64,000 nt of DNA, from contig QCGZ01000004.1 in assembly GCA_003279705.1 (NCBI GenBank), forward strand, positions 1,529 through 65,528, in the 5' to 3' direction. This DNA comes from OCS116 cluster bacterium AG-390-I16 (GTDB lineage: Bacteria; Pseudomonadota; Alphaproteobacteria; MED-G09). Below, piece after piece: positions 51,017-61,683 of this stretch; the first letter of the stretch is position 1; the number at the start of each line of letters is the position of its first letter. Below the pieces are notes generated by a model that saw only the letters and a list, made by a program, of their open reading frames with translations, made no database searches and had not been told where the DNA came from. The translations under genes and the position numbers were made by a program.

Positions 51017-51625
51017 TTAAGCCTTTGAACTTGGTCTTTCAGATAATTTCTGTTGATAGTCTTTTAAATTTTGAAACTCATCAGGAATTAGAATTTTTGG
51101 CCACTTGGCAAATTCAAAACATGTAAAAGCAGTTGTGTCAGCAACAGTATATCTATCTAAACAAATAAAATTTTTACCTTCAAGTTGTTCGTTTAACCAT
51201 TTAAAAAATTTTAAGACTCTTGGTTTATTTGCTTCTGACCATTCCGGTACTTGTTCTTCTAAATGTGCCATAGCTGGATGTCCATGTCTAAAAACTGACG
51301 CAATTGGTATCATCAATAAAAGCTCTAAACGTCTTTGCCACATTTCAATTTGAGCTATTTCTTTAGGATTTTTTCCAAATAGGTTTGGTTCAGGATTTAA
51401 TTCCTCTATGTATCTGCATATTGCTATCGACTCTGTTATGAAAGTTCCATCATCAAGTTCAAGAGCAGGTACTTGTGATAAAGGGCTTATTTTCTTGTAA
51501 TCATCTTTTTTATGATCACCTTTCATAATATCAATAGATTTAATCGGAATATCTATATTCTTTTCAGAAAGAAATACTCTAACCCTTCTAGCATTTGGTG
51601 CTGCACCACCATCATAAAAAATCAT
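51017..51625 (-). CDS. Glutathione S-transferase family protein
   Basis: APNARRVRVFLSEK, QVPALELDDG, ESIAICRY. Start MIFYD at 51625 follows GGAGGGAG. Confidence 0.92.
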   Translation of the reverse strand: MIFYDGGAAPNARRVRVFLSEKNIDIPIKSIDIMKGDHKKDDYKKISPLSQVPALELDDGTFITESIAICRYIEELNPEPNLFGKNPKEIAQIEMWQRRLELLLMIPIASVFRHGHPAMAHLEEQVPEWSEANKPRVLKFFKWLNEQLEGKNFICLDRYTVADTTAFTCFEFAKWPKILIPDEFQNLKDYQQKLSERPSSKA

Positions 51626-51724
51626 TTCTAATCTCCCTCCTAAAACAATTAAAAAATTTGATGACATTCTATTTGTATTAGTTAATTTAATCATTAATTT
51701 ATAAAAATGCTAGGGAGAACAAAA

Positions 51725-52633
51725 ATGACAATTGATTTTAAAGATAAAGTTGCAATCATTACGGGAGCAGGTGGTGGATTGGGTAGATCTCATGCTTTAG
51801 AATTGTCAAAAAGAGGGGCTAAGGTCGTTGTAAATGATCTTGGAGGATCTGTTGATGGTTCTGGAGGATCATCTGGTGCAGCCGAAAAAGTTGTAAAAGA
51901 AATTATTAGTTCCGGTGGTCAGGCTATATCTAATGGTTCATCGGTTACAGACGACAACGGTGTAAAACTAATGATTGATCAAACAATCGATGAGTATGGA
52001 AGAATTGATATACTAATAAATAATGCTGGAATATTAATTGATAAATCATTTTCTAAAATGGAAATTAATGATTTTGAAAAAGTTTTAAATGTTCACCTAA
52101 TGGGAACTGTTAAACCAACAAAAGCTGTTTGGGAAATAATGAAAGAACAAAACTATGGAAGAATATTAGTTACTTCCTCATCATCTGGTTTATATGGAAA
52201 CTTCGGACAAACTAATTATGGGGCAGCGAAATTAGGTCTGGTAGGTTTTATGAATACCCTTAAGCTCGAAGGTCAAAAATATAACGTCCATGTTAATGCC
52301 CTAACTCCAGTGGCTTATACAAGGATGACCGCAAATTTAATGCCACCTGAAGCTGAAAATTTATTAACACCTGAAAGCGTTACTCCTGCAGCAATTTATT
52401 TAGTTTCGCATGAAGCTCCCAATGGAACTATTTTGTGTGCTGGTGCTGGAGTCTATTCTGTTTCAAAAATTATGGAATCTGATGGATTAAGTCTTGGACT
52501 TAATGCCACCGCTGAAGATATTGTTAATAACTGGGAAAAAATATCTAATTTTAATGAAGCGAAGTCATATAATATGGGTGGAGAGCAGACCGGTAAGGTT
52601 TTTGAAAAAGCGATGGAAACAATTGAGAAATAA
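51725..52633 (+). CDS. SDR, MFE-2/HSD17B4-like 3-hydroxyacyl-CoA dehydrogenase
   Basis: TGAGGGLG, VVVNDLGG, NNAGIL, GNFGQTNYGAAK. Confidence 0.88.
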   Translation: MTIDFKDKVAIITGAGGGLGRSHALELSKRGAKVVVNDLGGSVDGSGGSSGAAEKVVKEIISSGGQAISNGSSVTDDNGVKLMIDQTIDEYGRIDILINNAGILIDKSFSKMEINDFEKVLNVHLMGTVKPTKAVWEIMKEQNYGRILVTSSSSGLYGNFGQTNYGAAKLGLVGFMNTLKLEGQKYNVHVNALTPVAYTRMTANLMPPEAENLLTPESVTPAAIYLVSHEAPNGTILCAGAGVYSVSKIMESDGLSLGLNATAEDIVNNWEKISNFNEAKSYNMGGEQTGKVFEKAMETIEK

Positions 52634-52649
52634 TTGATGAAATTTTTTA

Positions 52650-54134
52650 ATGAGTGACATTTCTTTTAATATAAAAAACTATATTGAAGAACCAATTATT
52701 AACGAATTTGGTTTTAGAGAATATGATGCTCGATGGATTTATCCAAAACAAATTAATTTGAGCGGTATAAAAAAACTTGGCTATGGTCTTGGACAATTAA
52801 TTATAGAAGAAAATGTCAAAAAAGAGATTGTTATAGGCCATGATTATAGATCCTATTCTGAAGAAGTTAAAAACGCTCTTGTATCTGGTTTATTATCATA
52901 CGGTATAAATGTTTTTGATATTGGATTAACTATATCACCTGGTGCATATTTTGCTCAATACGATTTAGATTGTAAATCTGTTGCAATGGTTACAGCTAGT
53001 CATAATGAAAATGGGTGGACCGGCTTTAAAATGGGAGTAAATAGACCTTTAACATTTGGACCAGACTTAATGAAAAGACTTAAAGAAATATGCCTTAATA
53101 ACTTAAGCCCAAAAAAAATTAATGGTGAATATACCTATATTGAAGGAATGAATGCCAAATATATTGAGGACCTAACTAAAAGAAATAATATTAAACGTAA
53201 ACTCAAAGCTGTTGTAGCTTGCGGAAACGGAACATCAGGTATTTTTTCTCCAGAAATATTAGAAAAAATTGGTATTGAAGTTATTAAGGTTCATTGTGAT
53301 CTTGATCATACTTTTCCTAACTACAACCCTAACCCAGAAGATCTAAAAATGCTTAAACATGTAAGCGAAGAAGTTATAGCAAATAATGCAGATATTGGTT
53401 TTGCTTTTGATGGAGATGGAGATAGATGTGGCTATGTTGATAATAATGGTAAAGAAGTTTTTTCTGATATTATGGGTGTACTATTAGCTAGAAATTTCTC
53501 AAAAAAATATAAATCTTCAAAATTTGTAATTGATGTTAAATCAACAGGATTATTTAGTTCAGATAAAATTTTAAAATCTAATAACGCCAGTGTTCAATAT
53601 TGGAAAACGGGTCATAGTTATATCAAACAAAAAACATCTGAAATATCAGCTTTAGCTGGTTTTGAAAGATCAGGTCATTATTTTTTTAATCAGCCTATTG
53701 GAAGAGGTTACGATGATGCATGTTTGTCGGCAATTGAAGTTTGTAAACTTTTAGATGAAAATCGAGAAAGTAGTATTTCAGATATGATTAAAGATCTACC
53801 TAATACATTTAATTCACCAACAATGTCGCCAGAATGTGCAGATAATGTAAAATATCAAACTATCGACAAAATTTCAGAAATAATCAGAGATAAATACGAA
53901 AATAAAATTAAAATCGCAGATCAGGAAATTCTATCTATCTTAACGATAAATGGGATAAGATTTACTCTTGAAGATGGCAGTTGGGGACTAATTAGAGCCT
54001 CATCAAATAAACCAAATCTTGTTGTTGTCTGTGAAAGTACTTCTTCTGAATATGTAATGAGAGAAATTTTTAAGTTTATTGATAATTTATTAAAAAAATT
54101 CAAAGAAATCGGTCCTTATGACCAATCTATTTAA
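52650..54134 (+). CDS. Phosphomannomutase/phosphoglucomutase (AlgC-like)
   Basis: FREYD, TASHN phosphoserine loop, FDGDGDR, FERSGH, RASSN. Confidence 0.93.
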   Translation: MSDISFNIKNYIEEPIINEFGFREYDARWIYPKQINLSGIKKLGYGLGQLIIEENVKKEIVIGHDYRSYSEEVKNALVSGLLSYGINVFDIGLTISPGAYFAQYDLDCKSVAMVTASHNENGWTGFKMGVNRPLTFGPDLMKRLKEICLNNLSPKKINGEYTYIEGMNAKYIEDLTKRNNIKRKLKAVVACGNGTSGIFSPEILEKIGIEVIKVHCDLDHTFPNYNPNPEDLKMLKHVSEEVIANNADIGFAFDGDGDRCGYVDNNGKEVFSDIMGVLLARNFSKKYKSSKFVIDVKSTGLFSSDKILKSNNASVQYWKTGHSYIKQKTSEISALAGFERSGHYFFNQPIGRGYDDACLSAIEVCKLLDENRESSISDMIKDLPNTFNSPTMSPECADNVKYQTIDKISEIIRDKYENKIKIADQEILSILTINGIRFTLEDGSWGLIRASSNKPNLVVVCESTSSEYVMREIFKFIDNLLKKFKEIGPYDQSI

Positions 54135-54952
54135 AAAATTTCAAAAAACATTCTTGCAGAGGTAATTAATAAAAAAATAGCAAAAATATTTGTCAAAATT
54201 TTATTATCTAATTTGTTAGCTGACTTTGCACCAATTGGAGCCGCATAAGAAGAAATTGGTGCAATTAAAAGTAACCCAATAATATTTACATACCCCAAAG
54301 AGCCAAGTGGTAAATTTTCATTATTCCAACCTGTTATAATAAAAAAAATAGTACCTGGAATTGCCAAATAAAAACCAAGACCAGAAGCGGTTCCAACTGC
54401 TTTGTGAATAGTTTTACCAAATAATGTCATCAAACTAACATTAAATGTACCCCCGCCAATTCCTAGCATGGAGGATAAAGAGCCAACTGAAAAAGGTATA
54501 AAACTTCCAAAAAAACCTTTTGGAATATCATTACCAAGCTTAAATTCCTGTTTATTAATAAATAAATTCATTGATACAAAAAAAGCTATAAGAGCAAAGA
54601 TAAAAGTTAGCCAAAAACCGGAGATAAGGCCAGCTATAATTGCACCAATAATTGAACCAAAAATTGTCGGCAAAAGCCATGATTTTAAAACGCTATAATC
54701 AATATTATCATTTTCTTGATGGGATTTATATGAGCGCCAACCTGTTGGGATTATAACCGCTAGAGATGTAGCTACAGAAATATGCATAACAACATCTTCA
54801 GGAACACCAATAAGAGACAAAAAATGATACAATACTGGCACCACTATAATTCCTCCGCCGACACCCAATAAACCTGCTATAAAACCAGAAATAAAACCAG
54901 ATAAAGATATTACTAAAGCAAAAGGTATTAATGAAAAAAGATCACTACTCAT
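54131..54952 (-). CDS. TauE/SafE (TSUP) family membrane transporter
   Basis: GLLGVGGG, ATSLA, GIGGG, AVGTAS; multiple TM helices. Confidence 0.9.
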   Translation of the reverse strand: MSSDLFSLIPFALVISLSGFISGFIAGLLGVGGGIIVVPVLYHFLSLIGVPEDVVMHISVATSLAVIIPTGWRSYKSHQENDNIDYSVLKSWLLPTIFGSIIGAIIAGLISGFWLTFIFALIAFFVSMNLFINKQEFKLGNDIPKGFFGSFIPFSVGSLSSMLGIGGGTFNVSLMTLFGKTIHKAVGTASGLGFYLAIPGTIFFIITGWNNENLPLGSLGYVNIIGLLLIAPISSYAAPIGAKSANKLDNKILTNIFAIFLLITSARMFFEIF

Positions 54953-55947
54953 TAAGCAGCCTGATTTTGAAAAGAAATAATCTGATTTAATGCTTCCTTC
55001 AGAACTTTTGGATCATCTCTTCTTCTTGGCGCTTCATGACTTAAATAACTTCTCCAAAGTTTTGCTCCTCTACAACCATGAAATAAACCAAACATATTTT
55101 GAGTTACTATATTAATTGGGACATTATTTTTTACACAAATTTCCAAATAGGAGATCATTTCTTCAACAATCTCAATTCTTGATGGAATCTTTTTATCATC
55201 ATTGAAGAAAATTTTATCAACATCAACAATGGAATAAGGATTTTCCTGAACCGCTCTTCCCAACATAACACCATCAAGCTCAATTCCTTTTGATTTAGAA
55301 ATCTCTTTTTTACCCTCGTAAGGGCTTAAAATGCCACCATTTAAAATTATATTTAATTCAGGCCATTTTCTTTTTATCATTCTAACTATATCATAATCTA
55401 AAGGAGGAATTTCTCTATTTTGTTTTGGATCTAAACCATCCAACATAGCTTTTCTAGCATGTATAATATAAGTTGAAACTCCGGCATTTTTGGTTGTTTC
55501 AACAAATTCTGTTAACATTTCATCAGGATTGTGATCATCAATACCAATTCTACATTTAATAGTTACTGGTATTTTAATTTTTTCTTTTATTCTTTCAATA
55601 CATTCTGCAACTAAGTTAGGGTGAGCCATTAAGCAAGCCCCAAAATTTCCAGCCTGAACCCTCTTTGATGGACAACCAATATTTAAATTAATTTCATCAT
55701 ACCCATATTGCTCACCAATTAAAGCTGCCTTGGATAAAGTCAAAGGGTCTGATCCAGCTATCTGAAGCGCTACAGGATGTTCAACTTCATCAAATCCTAA
55801 TAAAAAATCTTTATCGCCGTAGATTATTGAATCGGCAACAATCATCTCAGTATAAAGCCTTGCATGCTTACTAAACTTTCTAAAAAAGAATCGGCAATGT
55901 CGATTTGTGACATCAATCATAGGTGCGATACAAAACTTATGAGACAT
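54952..55947 (-). CDS. dusA: tRNA-dihydrouridine(20/20a) synthase
   Basis: APMID, EHPVALQIAG, INLNIGCPS, FGACLM, HARKA, QNREIPPL. Likely start MSHKF at 55947. Confidence 0.94.
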   Translation of the reverse strand: MSHKFCIAPMIDVTNRHCRFFFRKFSKHARLYTEMIVADSIIYGDKDFLLGFDEVEHPVALQIAGSDPLTLSKAALIGEQYGYDEINLNIGCPSKRVQAGNFGACLMAHPNLVAECIERIKEKIKIPVTIKCRIGIDDHNPDEMLTEFVETTKNAGVSTYIIHARKAMLDGLDPKQNREIPPLDYDIVRMIKRKWPELNIILNGGILSPYEGKKEISKSKGIELDGVMLGRAVQENPYSIVDVDKIFFNDDKKIPSRIEIVEEMISYLEICVKNNVPINIVTQNMFGLFHGCRGAKLWRSYLSHEAPRRRDDPKVLKEALNQIISFQNQAA

Positions 55948-56073
55948 TTTTAAAAATTCCCTAATCCCCAATTAATAATATATAGCTCATAATTCAAATA
56001 AATTTGAAAAATTATAATCTCTATACTGTATTTCTTTGGTTAATAACAATAATTTATAGTATTAATTAAGCAA

Positions 56074-56112
56074 AATAATTTAATTGTAATATAAATTTAA
56101 TATAAGTTTAAT
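56074..56112 (+). promoter_or_regulatory. Pho-box-like 11-bp-periodic direct repeats
   Basis: AATAAT at 56074, TGTAAT at 56085, TTTAAT at 56096 and TTTAAT at 56107, upstream of the TBDR and phoD. The AT-rich context weakens the call. Confidence 0.45.
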
Positions 56113-56175
56113 GTATTTGAAATGATTCAATAATAAAATTTAATTTTAAATTATCACCACTCCATGAGGCTTTAA

Positions 56176-59100
56176 ATGATTTACACAAATAAACTAATGA
56201 AAATCCTAACTTTTACTGTTTTTGCTATCTTTATCTCATCAATAAATACTTCTGACCTATCAGCTGAACAAACCACAGGTGTTATCAGGGGTTCTGTTAT
56301 TGATGAGTCAGGGAATCCTGTTTCTGGGGCATCTGTTCAAATCATTCATACCCCCTCTGGAAGTAAATCATCAACCTCAACTGGAAATTCTGGAGCTTTT
56401 TATTCTAGAGGGCTTAGATTAGGAGGGCCATTCAAAATAACAGTTACTAAATCTGGCCTATCCAATACAAAGACCAATATTTTTACTAAATTAGGAAGTG
56501 AAGCTGGTGTTTCTTTTACTTTAAGCTCAAACAATATTGAAGAAATTGTTGTAACAGCAAAATCTGCTAATTTAGATAGTTTAGGGGTTGGTCCAGGTTC
56601 TGTATTCGATGCTGAGGATATTTCATCACTTCCCTCAATTGATCGTGATATTAAGGATATAGCTAAACTTGATCCATTTGTTACAGTAGACAACAGTGGC
56701 AGATTGTCTTTTGCTGGTGGCATGCCAAGATTAATTGGCTTTATAATTGATGGTGTTAGTGCGAATGACTCTTATGGTTTAAGTTCAAATTCATATCCTA
56801 CTAATAGAATGCCATTATCTATGGATGTTATTGATCAAGTCTCTGTTAAGGTTGCAAATTTTGATGCTGAGCTTGGAGAAGCATCAAGTGGTAATATTGT
56901 TCTTACTACAAAAGCTGGAACAAATGATTTTCATGGATCATTTACAATAGAATCTACTCAAATAGCTGGAGATGAACCTTTCGGTAAAAAATCAGACAAC
57001 GCCGATCCCGATACTGAATTATTTTCAATAGCTTTAAATGGTCCAATCATAAAAGATAAATTATTCTTTTCGTTTGGTTATGAAAAATATGAAGCAACTG
57101 ATCCAATACAAATGCAAGCATTTCAATCTGGTTCTGTGACAAGAGCTGAAGCTGATGCAGTAATTAAAGCGGCAAAGGATGTAATAGGTTATGACGCAGG
57201 TTCTTATACCAAGGGTCTAATGGAAGAAGATGAAAAAACATTCCTAAGACTTGATGCAAATATTACAGACACTCAAACTCTTACACTTGAGTACATACAC
57301 GTAGATGGATATACAGAAAGCGCTTATTGGAATAGATCGTGGGGATTACCCCTTTCAAGTGACTGGTATACTATCAATAAAGAGTATGAAACTATTAAAT
57401 TTGAATTAAACTCTGACTGGTCTGATAATTTTTCAACAAAAATAATGTATTCCGATACTGATGTAATGAATCCAAATACACCAGTTGGTGCTACAACAAT
57501 AGGTGAGGTTGGAATTAAGGTTCCTTCTGGGGGTACAGTTTTTTTTGGTCCTGATCAATATAGACACGCTAACGAAATTCAAACTAATAGAAAACAATTT
57601 GAAGTTGCTGGTTACTATAATATAGGTAATCACGCAGTCACTTTGGGCTATAAGAGCATTGAAAATGATATGTTTAATATGTTCTCAAGAAATAGTTTAG
57701 GTGAATACGATTACAATTCAATTGAAGACTTTATTGCTGGTAATTTAAAAGAACTAGATTATAGAAATGCTGATACAAATATGCCACGCGATGCAGCAGG
57801 TCGTTTTAATATGGATTATACAATTATTTATTTACAAGATACTTGGAGTATAAATTCAGATTTAACTGCTAGAATAGGCTTTAGATATGAAGAAATAGGT
57901 CAAGATACTACCCCTGAATATAATCCTTTTTGGTATAATTGGACTGGTGACACCTATATCCCAGCGCCAAGAAATGATGTAAATTTAGATGGAGAGGACA
58001 TTATAATGCCTCGTTTTTCATTAGATTGGCAAGCAGAGGATAATGTTTTAGTTACATTTGGATACGGCGAATTTAGTGGCAACCTGCCCCCAGTCTGGTT
58101 TGGTGGTCCTTATATTGACTCAGGTTTAAACCTGCCAGGTAATAAGCTAAGGGCTAAAAGTAATAACTTACCTACTCCAGGAACACCTGAAAGTTATCCA
58201 GGTGATGCAGCATTAGCTCTTGTTAGGAACGAAATTGGTGATACTGGTGGATATACCGCTATGATGGATAAAGACTTTGGAATCCCATCTATAACTAAAA
58301 TAAGTTTAGGTTTAGTTGCAGATTTAGAATCTAATATAACTGTTAGAGCAAATATAATTCATATGGAAGAAGAAGATCCAGTAGGTGCAATTATTGGTGG
58401 TTGTGATCCAAAAGGGACAGCACTAGCTGATAATAGACCTCTTTATGGAGGTTGTAGCTATGTTGGATATTTAACAACATTTAAAAATATTCAACCCGAA
58501 ACTAATGTTTTTGGTATTTCCATGGAAAAATATTTCGATAATGGATTATTCTTATACTTAGGATATGCTCACACAGACAGAGAAATGGCTCATATGATGA
58601 CAAGCTCTATTATTTTTTCAAGTGCTGTTAGAATGCCAATATTTGATCACTTAACTCCTGTGAATAGTCGTTCTCATTATGAAATTGAACATTCATTTGA
58701 TTATGCTCTAACATGGAAAGGAAATATATTTGGTAACTTAGAAACAAGTATTGGGTTAAATGGTTTTAGACAGTCAGGTAACCCCTATAGCTATACATTC
58801 AGAGGTGATTTAAGTGGATATAGGACTGATGGTGAAAATATAGAATTACTCTATGTACCATCAATTGATGATCCTAATGTAATTTATTCTGATGGGTTTG
58901 ATACAGATGCTTTCGAACAATTCCTTCAGGACTCAGGTTTATCTGCATATAGAGGTTCAGCAGTTCCAAGAAATAGTTTTAATAGTCCGTGGGCTGGAAC
59001 ATTTGATTTAAGAATTGCTCAAGAACTTCCTTTTGGAGGCGTTCCTGGTAAAGCAACTTTTTACCTTGATATTGAAAATGTACTTAATTTAATAAATTCT

Positions 59101-59280
59101 GATTGGGGTGGCTTTCAAAACTATGTTGGCTCGACATCCAATTCTAGAGGTATTGTTGAAGCTGAAGTAGATGATCAAGGAAGATATGTTTATAAAACAT
59201 TTAAGGTTGATGGTGAGCCAACACAAAATGTTGGTAAATCTGTATATCAAATTAAAGTTGGACTTAAATATCAGTTTTAA
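56176..59280 (+). CDS. TonB-dependent outer-membrane receptor, Oar-like, with N-terminal carboxypeptidase-regulatory-like domain
   Basis: Signal peptide, GVIRGSVID...GASVQIIH...GLRLGGPF, IEEIVVTA, TKAGTNDFHGS, GPIIKDKLFF, C-terminal GLKYQF. Confidence 0.93.
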   Translation: MIYTNKLMKILTFTVFAIFISSINTSDLSAEQTTGVIRGSVIDESGNPVSGASVQIIHTPSGSKSSTSTGNSGAFYSRGLRLGGPFKITVTKSGLSNTKTNIFTKLGSEAGVSFTLSSNNIEEIVVTAKSANLDSLGVGPGSVFDAEDISSLPSIDRDIKDIAKLDPFVTVDNSGRLSFAGGMPRLIGFIIDGVSANDSYGLSSNSYPTNRMPLSMDVIDQVSVKVANFDAELGEASSGNIVLTTKAGTNDFHGSFTIESTQIAGDEPFGKKSDNADPDTELFSIALNGPIIKDKLFFSFGYEKYEATDPIQMQAFQSGSVTRAEADAVIKAAKDVIGYDAGSYTKGLMEEDEKTFLRLDANITDTQTLTLEYIHVDGYTESAYWNRSWGLPLSSDWYTINKEYETIKFELNSDWSDNFSTKIMYSDTDVMNPNTPVGATTIGEVGIKVPSGGTVFFGPDQYRHANEIQTNRKQFEVAGYYNIGNHAVTLGYKSIENDMFNMFSRNSLGEYDYNSIEDFIAGNLKELDYRNADTNMPRDAAGRFNMDYTIIYLQDTWSINSDLTARIGFRYEEIGQDTTPEYNPFWYNWTGDTYIPAPRNDVNLDGEDIIMPRFSLDWQAEDNVLVTFGYGEFSGNLPPVWFGGPYIDSGLNLPGNKLRAKSNNLPTPGTPESYPGDAALALVRNEIGDTGGYTAMMDKDFGIPSITKISLGLVADLESNITVRANIIHMEEEDPVGAIIGGCDPKGTALADNRPLYGGCSYVGYLTTFKNIQPETNVFGISMEKYFDNGLFLYLGYAHTDREMAHMMTSSIIFSSAVRMPIFDHLTPVNSRSHYEIEHSFDYALTWKGNIFGNLETSIGLNGFRQSGNPYSYTFRGDLSGYRTDGENIELLYVPSIDDPNVIYSDGFDTDAFEQFLQDSGLSAYRGSAVPRNSFNSPWAGTFDLRIAQELPFGGVPGKATFYLDIENVLNLINSDWGGFQNYVGSTSNSRGIVEAEVDDQGRYVYKTFKVDGEPTQNVGKSVYQIKVGLKYQF

Positions 59281-59299
59281 ATTATTAGCAATAATTATT

Positions 59300-59329
59300 A
59301 AGGGCGCTATTAACTGGCGCCCTTTTTTT
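59300..59329 (+). terminator. Rho-independent terminator after the TonB-dependent receptor
   Basis: Hairpin AAGGGCGCTA-TTAAC-TGGCGCCCTT followed by a T tract. Confidence 0.85.
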
Positions 59330-59342
59330 ATATAATAATAGA

Positions 59343-60416
59343 ATGTATAAAAAAAAATTAAAAAAAATAAACCGAAGGATTTTTTTATTTGGAAGTGGGA
59401 TTTTTCTGCTTTCATTTTTTCCTTTTTTTAAAAGTTTAAATGCAAATAATAGAACACAGTTTAAAATCACTTGTGGCTCTTGCATTTCACAAGACAGAAA
59501 ACAACCTATTTGGAAAAGTATCTTAAAAGAGAGATCTAATGCTTTTATTTTTATGGGAGATAATGTCTATGGTGATGACAAAAAAAATGGCGAATTAGAA
59601 ATATTAAAAAAAGCATATGAAAAACAAAAAGAAAAAATCCCTTTTAAAAAATTAGAAGAAACAAATGAAATTTTCTCCGTATGGGATGATCATGATTATG
59701 GAAAAAATGACGGTGGCTCTGAGTTTCCATATAAAAAACAATCGAAAGAATTATTCTTAAAATTTTGGAGAATTCCTTTAAATGATTCTAGAAGGGGTCG
59801 AGAAGGTATTTATTTTAAAAGAAAAAGAAAAATAGGTAATAATATTATTCAATTTATCTTTCTTGATACTAGGTATTTCAGATCACCTTTAAAACCCACC
59901 GATGAAAAATGGACGCCAACAAAAGAGCGATATATTCCAGATGATGATCCTTCTAAAACTTACTTAGGTGAAAGACAATGGAAATGGTTAAATAATTCTA
60001 TGAAAGAAGAAGCAGATATAAGAATACTTGTATCAAGTATTCAAGTTATTGCAGATGGACACGGTTATGAAAAATGGGGAAACCTTCCGATGGAAAAATT
60101 ACGATTATTTAATTTAATTGATAAAAATAATATTAATAATTTAATTATTTTATCAGGAGATCGCCATAGAGGAGGTATATATAAAGAGAAAACTAATGGA
60201 GGCAATCAATTATTTGAATTAACTTCGAGTTCTTTAAATTTACCTGCAGGAAAATTATTTAAATCTAAAGAAGAATTAGGCCCAAATAGAATAGGATCAA
60301 CTTTTTTAGAGGAAAATTATGGAGTTGTCGAAATTAATGATGATAAAAAAATTACCCTATCTATTAGAGGCTTAGATCAAAAAACTCATAATAAAATTAA
60401 TATAAACTTATCTTGA
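59343..60416 (+). CDS. phoD: PhoD-family alkaline phosphatase/phosphodiesterase, Tat-exported
   Basis: Twin-arginine leader NRRIFL; GSC, MGDNVYGD, WDDHDYG, LDTRYFR, LSGDRH. Confidence 0.9.
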   Translation: MYKKKLKKINRRIFLFGSGIFLLSFFPFFKSLNANNRTQFKITCGSCISQDRKQPIWKSILKERSNAFIFMGDNVYGDDKKNGELEILKKAYEKQKEKIPFKKLEETNEIFSVWDDHDYGKNDGGSEFPYKKQSKELFLKFWRIPLNDSRRGREGIYFKRKRKIGNNIIQFIFLDTRYFRSPLKPTDEKWTPTKERYIPDDDPSKTYLGERQWKWLNNSMKEEADIRILVSSIQVIADGHGYEKWGNLPMEKLRLFNLIDKNNINNLIILSGDRHRGGIYKEKTNGGNQLFELTSSSLNLPAGKLFKSKEELGPNRIGSTFLEENYGVVEINDDKKITLSIRGLDQKTHNKININLS

Positions 60417-61634
60417 ATCTGCTAGTTCATTAAACGGTACATTTTTGTCTACTCTAATATCCTGAGGTAGACCCAAAACTCTTTCAGCAACAATATTTTT
60501 TAAAATCTCATCCGTTCCACCTGCAATTCTATATCCAGCGGCACTCATCCATTGGTTTTGAAATATAGAATGCATTAAAGACATATCTGGATCGTTCAAA
60601 ATTCCAGCAGCACCTTGTAAATCCATTGCAAAGCTTGCTAAATCTTGCATTTTAGGGGCGGATACAACTTTCCCAATAGAGCTTTCAGGGCCTGGGGTTT
60701 CACCTTTTGATAATGATGTTAATGATCTCATTTTAGTATACTTTAAGCCTTCAGATTGAACATACCAATCTGCAATTTTAGCTCTAACGAGGTCATTTTT
60801 AATAGCTGGCTTATTATTCAAAATCACATCTTTCGCTAACTGAGTTAAAGATGAATAATCAGCTGATTTAGGAACACCAATAGCTAATCTTTCATTCATT
60901 AAAGTAGTAAGTGCAACTTTCCAACCTTCACCAACTTCACCAAGTCGTTGTAAGTCGGGTACCCTTACATCAGTAAAAAATACTTCATTAAAGTTAGAAC
61001 CACCTGAAATTTGTCTAATTGGTTTTATTTCTATTCCAGGAGACTTCATATCTAAAAAGAAAAATGACAAACCTTTATGTTTAGGAACCGTTGGATCTGT
61101 TCTGACAACAATAATACCAAAATCACAAAAATGTGCACCTGAAGTCCATACCTTTTGACCATTAATTATCCAGTCATCTCCATCTTTTTCAGCTTTTGTT
61201 CTAACTCCAGCAACATCTGAACCTGCAGAAGGCTCTGAGAATAACTGACACCATATTTCTTTTCCGTAAAGGGCAGGCTCTACATATCTTTCATTCTGTT
61301 CTTTCGTTGCCCAAGCCATTATTGTAGGTATGCACATACCTAAACCAATATCAAAAAAGCCTGTCGGTACATTATACTTAGACTCTTCTTGAGAATAAAT
61401 AACAGATTGAATGGAGGAACCTCCAAGACCACCATATTCTTTTGGCCAAGTAATAGCCGCATAACCTGCTTCAGCTTTTTTTGCTTGCCAATCCCTGGCT
61501 CTTGCTAGGGCACTCTCTTGAACATCAATTGAGTCATAACCACCAGCTTTTTTCTCTTTTGGTGCATTATTTTTAAGCCACTCTCTTACCTCTAAACGAA
61601 AATCATTTTCTTCCGGTGTATCATTAAAATCCAA
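60408..61634 (-). CDS. Acyl-CoA dehydrogenase (PimC/FadE-like catalytic subunit)
   Basis: WCQLFSEPSAGSD, INGQKVWTS, FNEVFF, RIAGGTDEI. TTG start after AAGGAG. Confidence 0.92.
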   Translation of the reverse strand: MDFNDTPEENDFRLEVREWLKNNAPKEKKAGGYDSIDVQESALARARDWQAKKAEAGYAAITWPKEYGGLGGSSIQSVIYSQEESKYNVPTGFFDIGLGMCIPTIMAWATKEQNERYVEPALYGKEIWCQLFSEPSAGSDVAGVRTKAEKDGDDWIINGQKVWTSGAHFCDFGIIVVRTDPTVPKHKGLSFFFLDMKSPGIEIKPIRQISGGSNFNEVFFTDVRVPDLQRLGEVGEGWKVALTTLMNERLAIGVPKSADYSSLTQLAKDVILNNKPAIKNDLVRAKIADWYVQSEGLKYTKMRSLTSLSKGETPGPESSIGKVVSAPKMQDLASFAMDLQGAAGILNDPDMSLMHSIFQNQWMSAAGYRIAGGTDEILKNIVAERVLGLPQDIRVDKNVPFNELADSR

Positions 61635-61683
61635 TGTTTATCTCCTTATTTAATTATTTTTTTCTTCTAATTGTGTAACCAAT

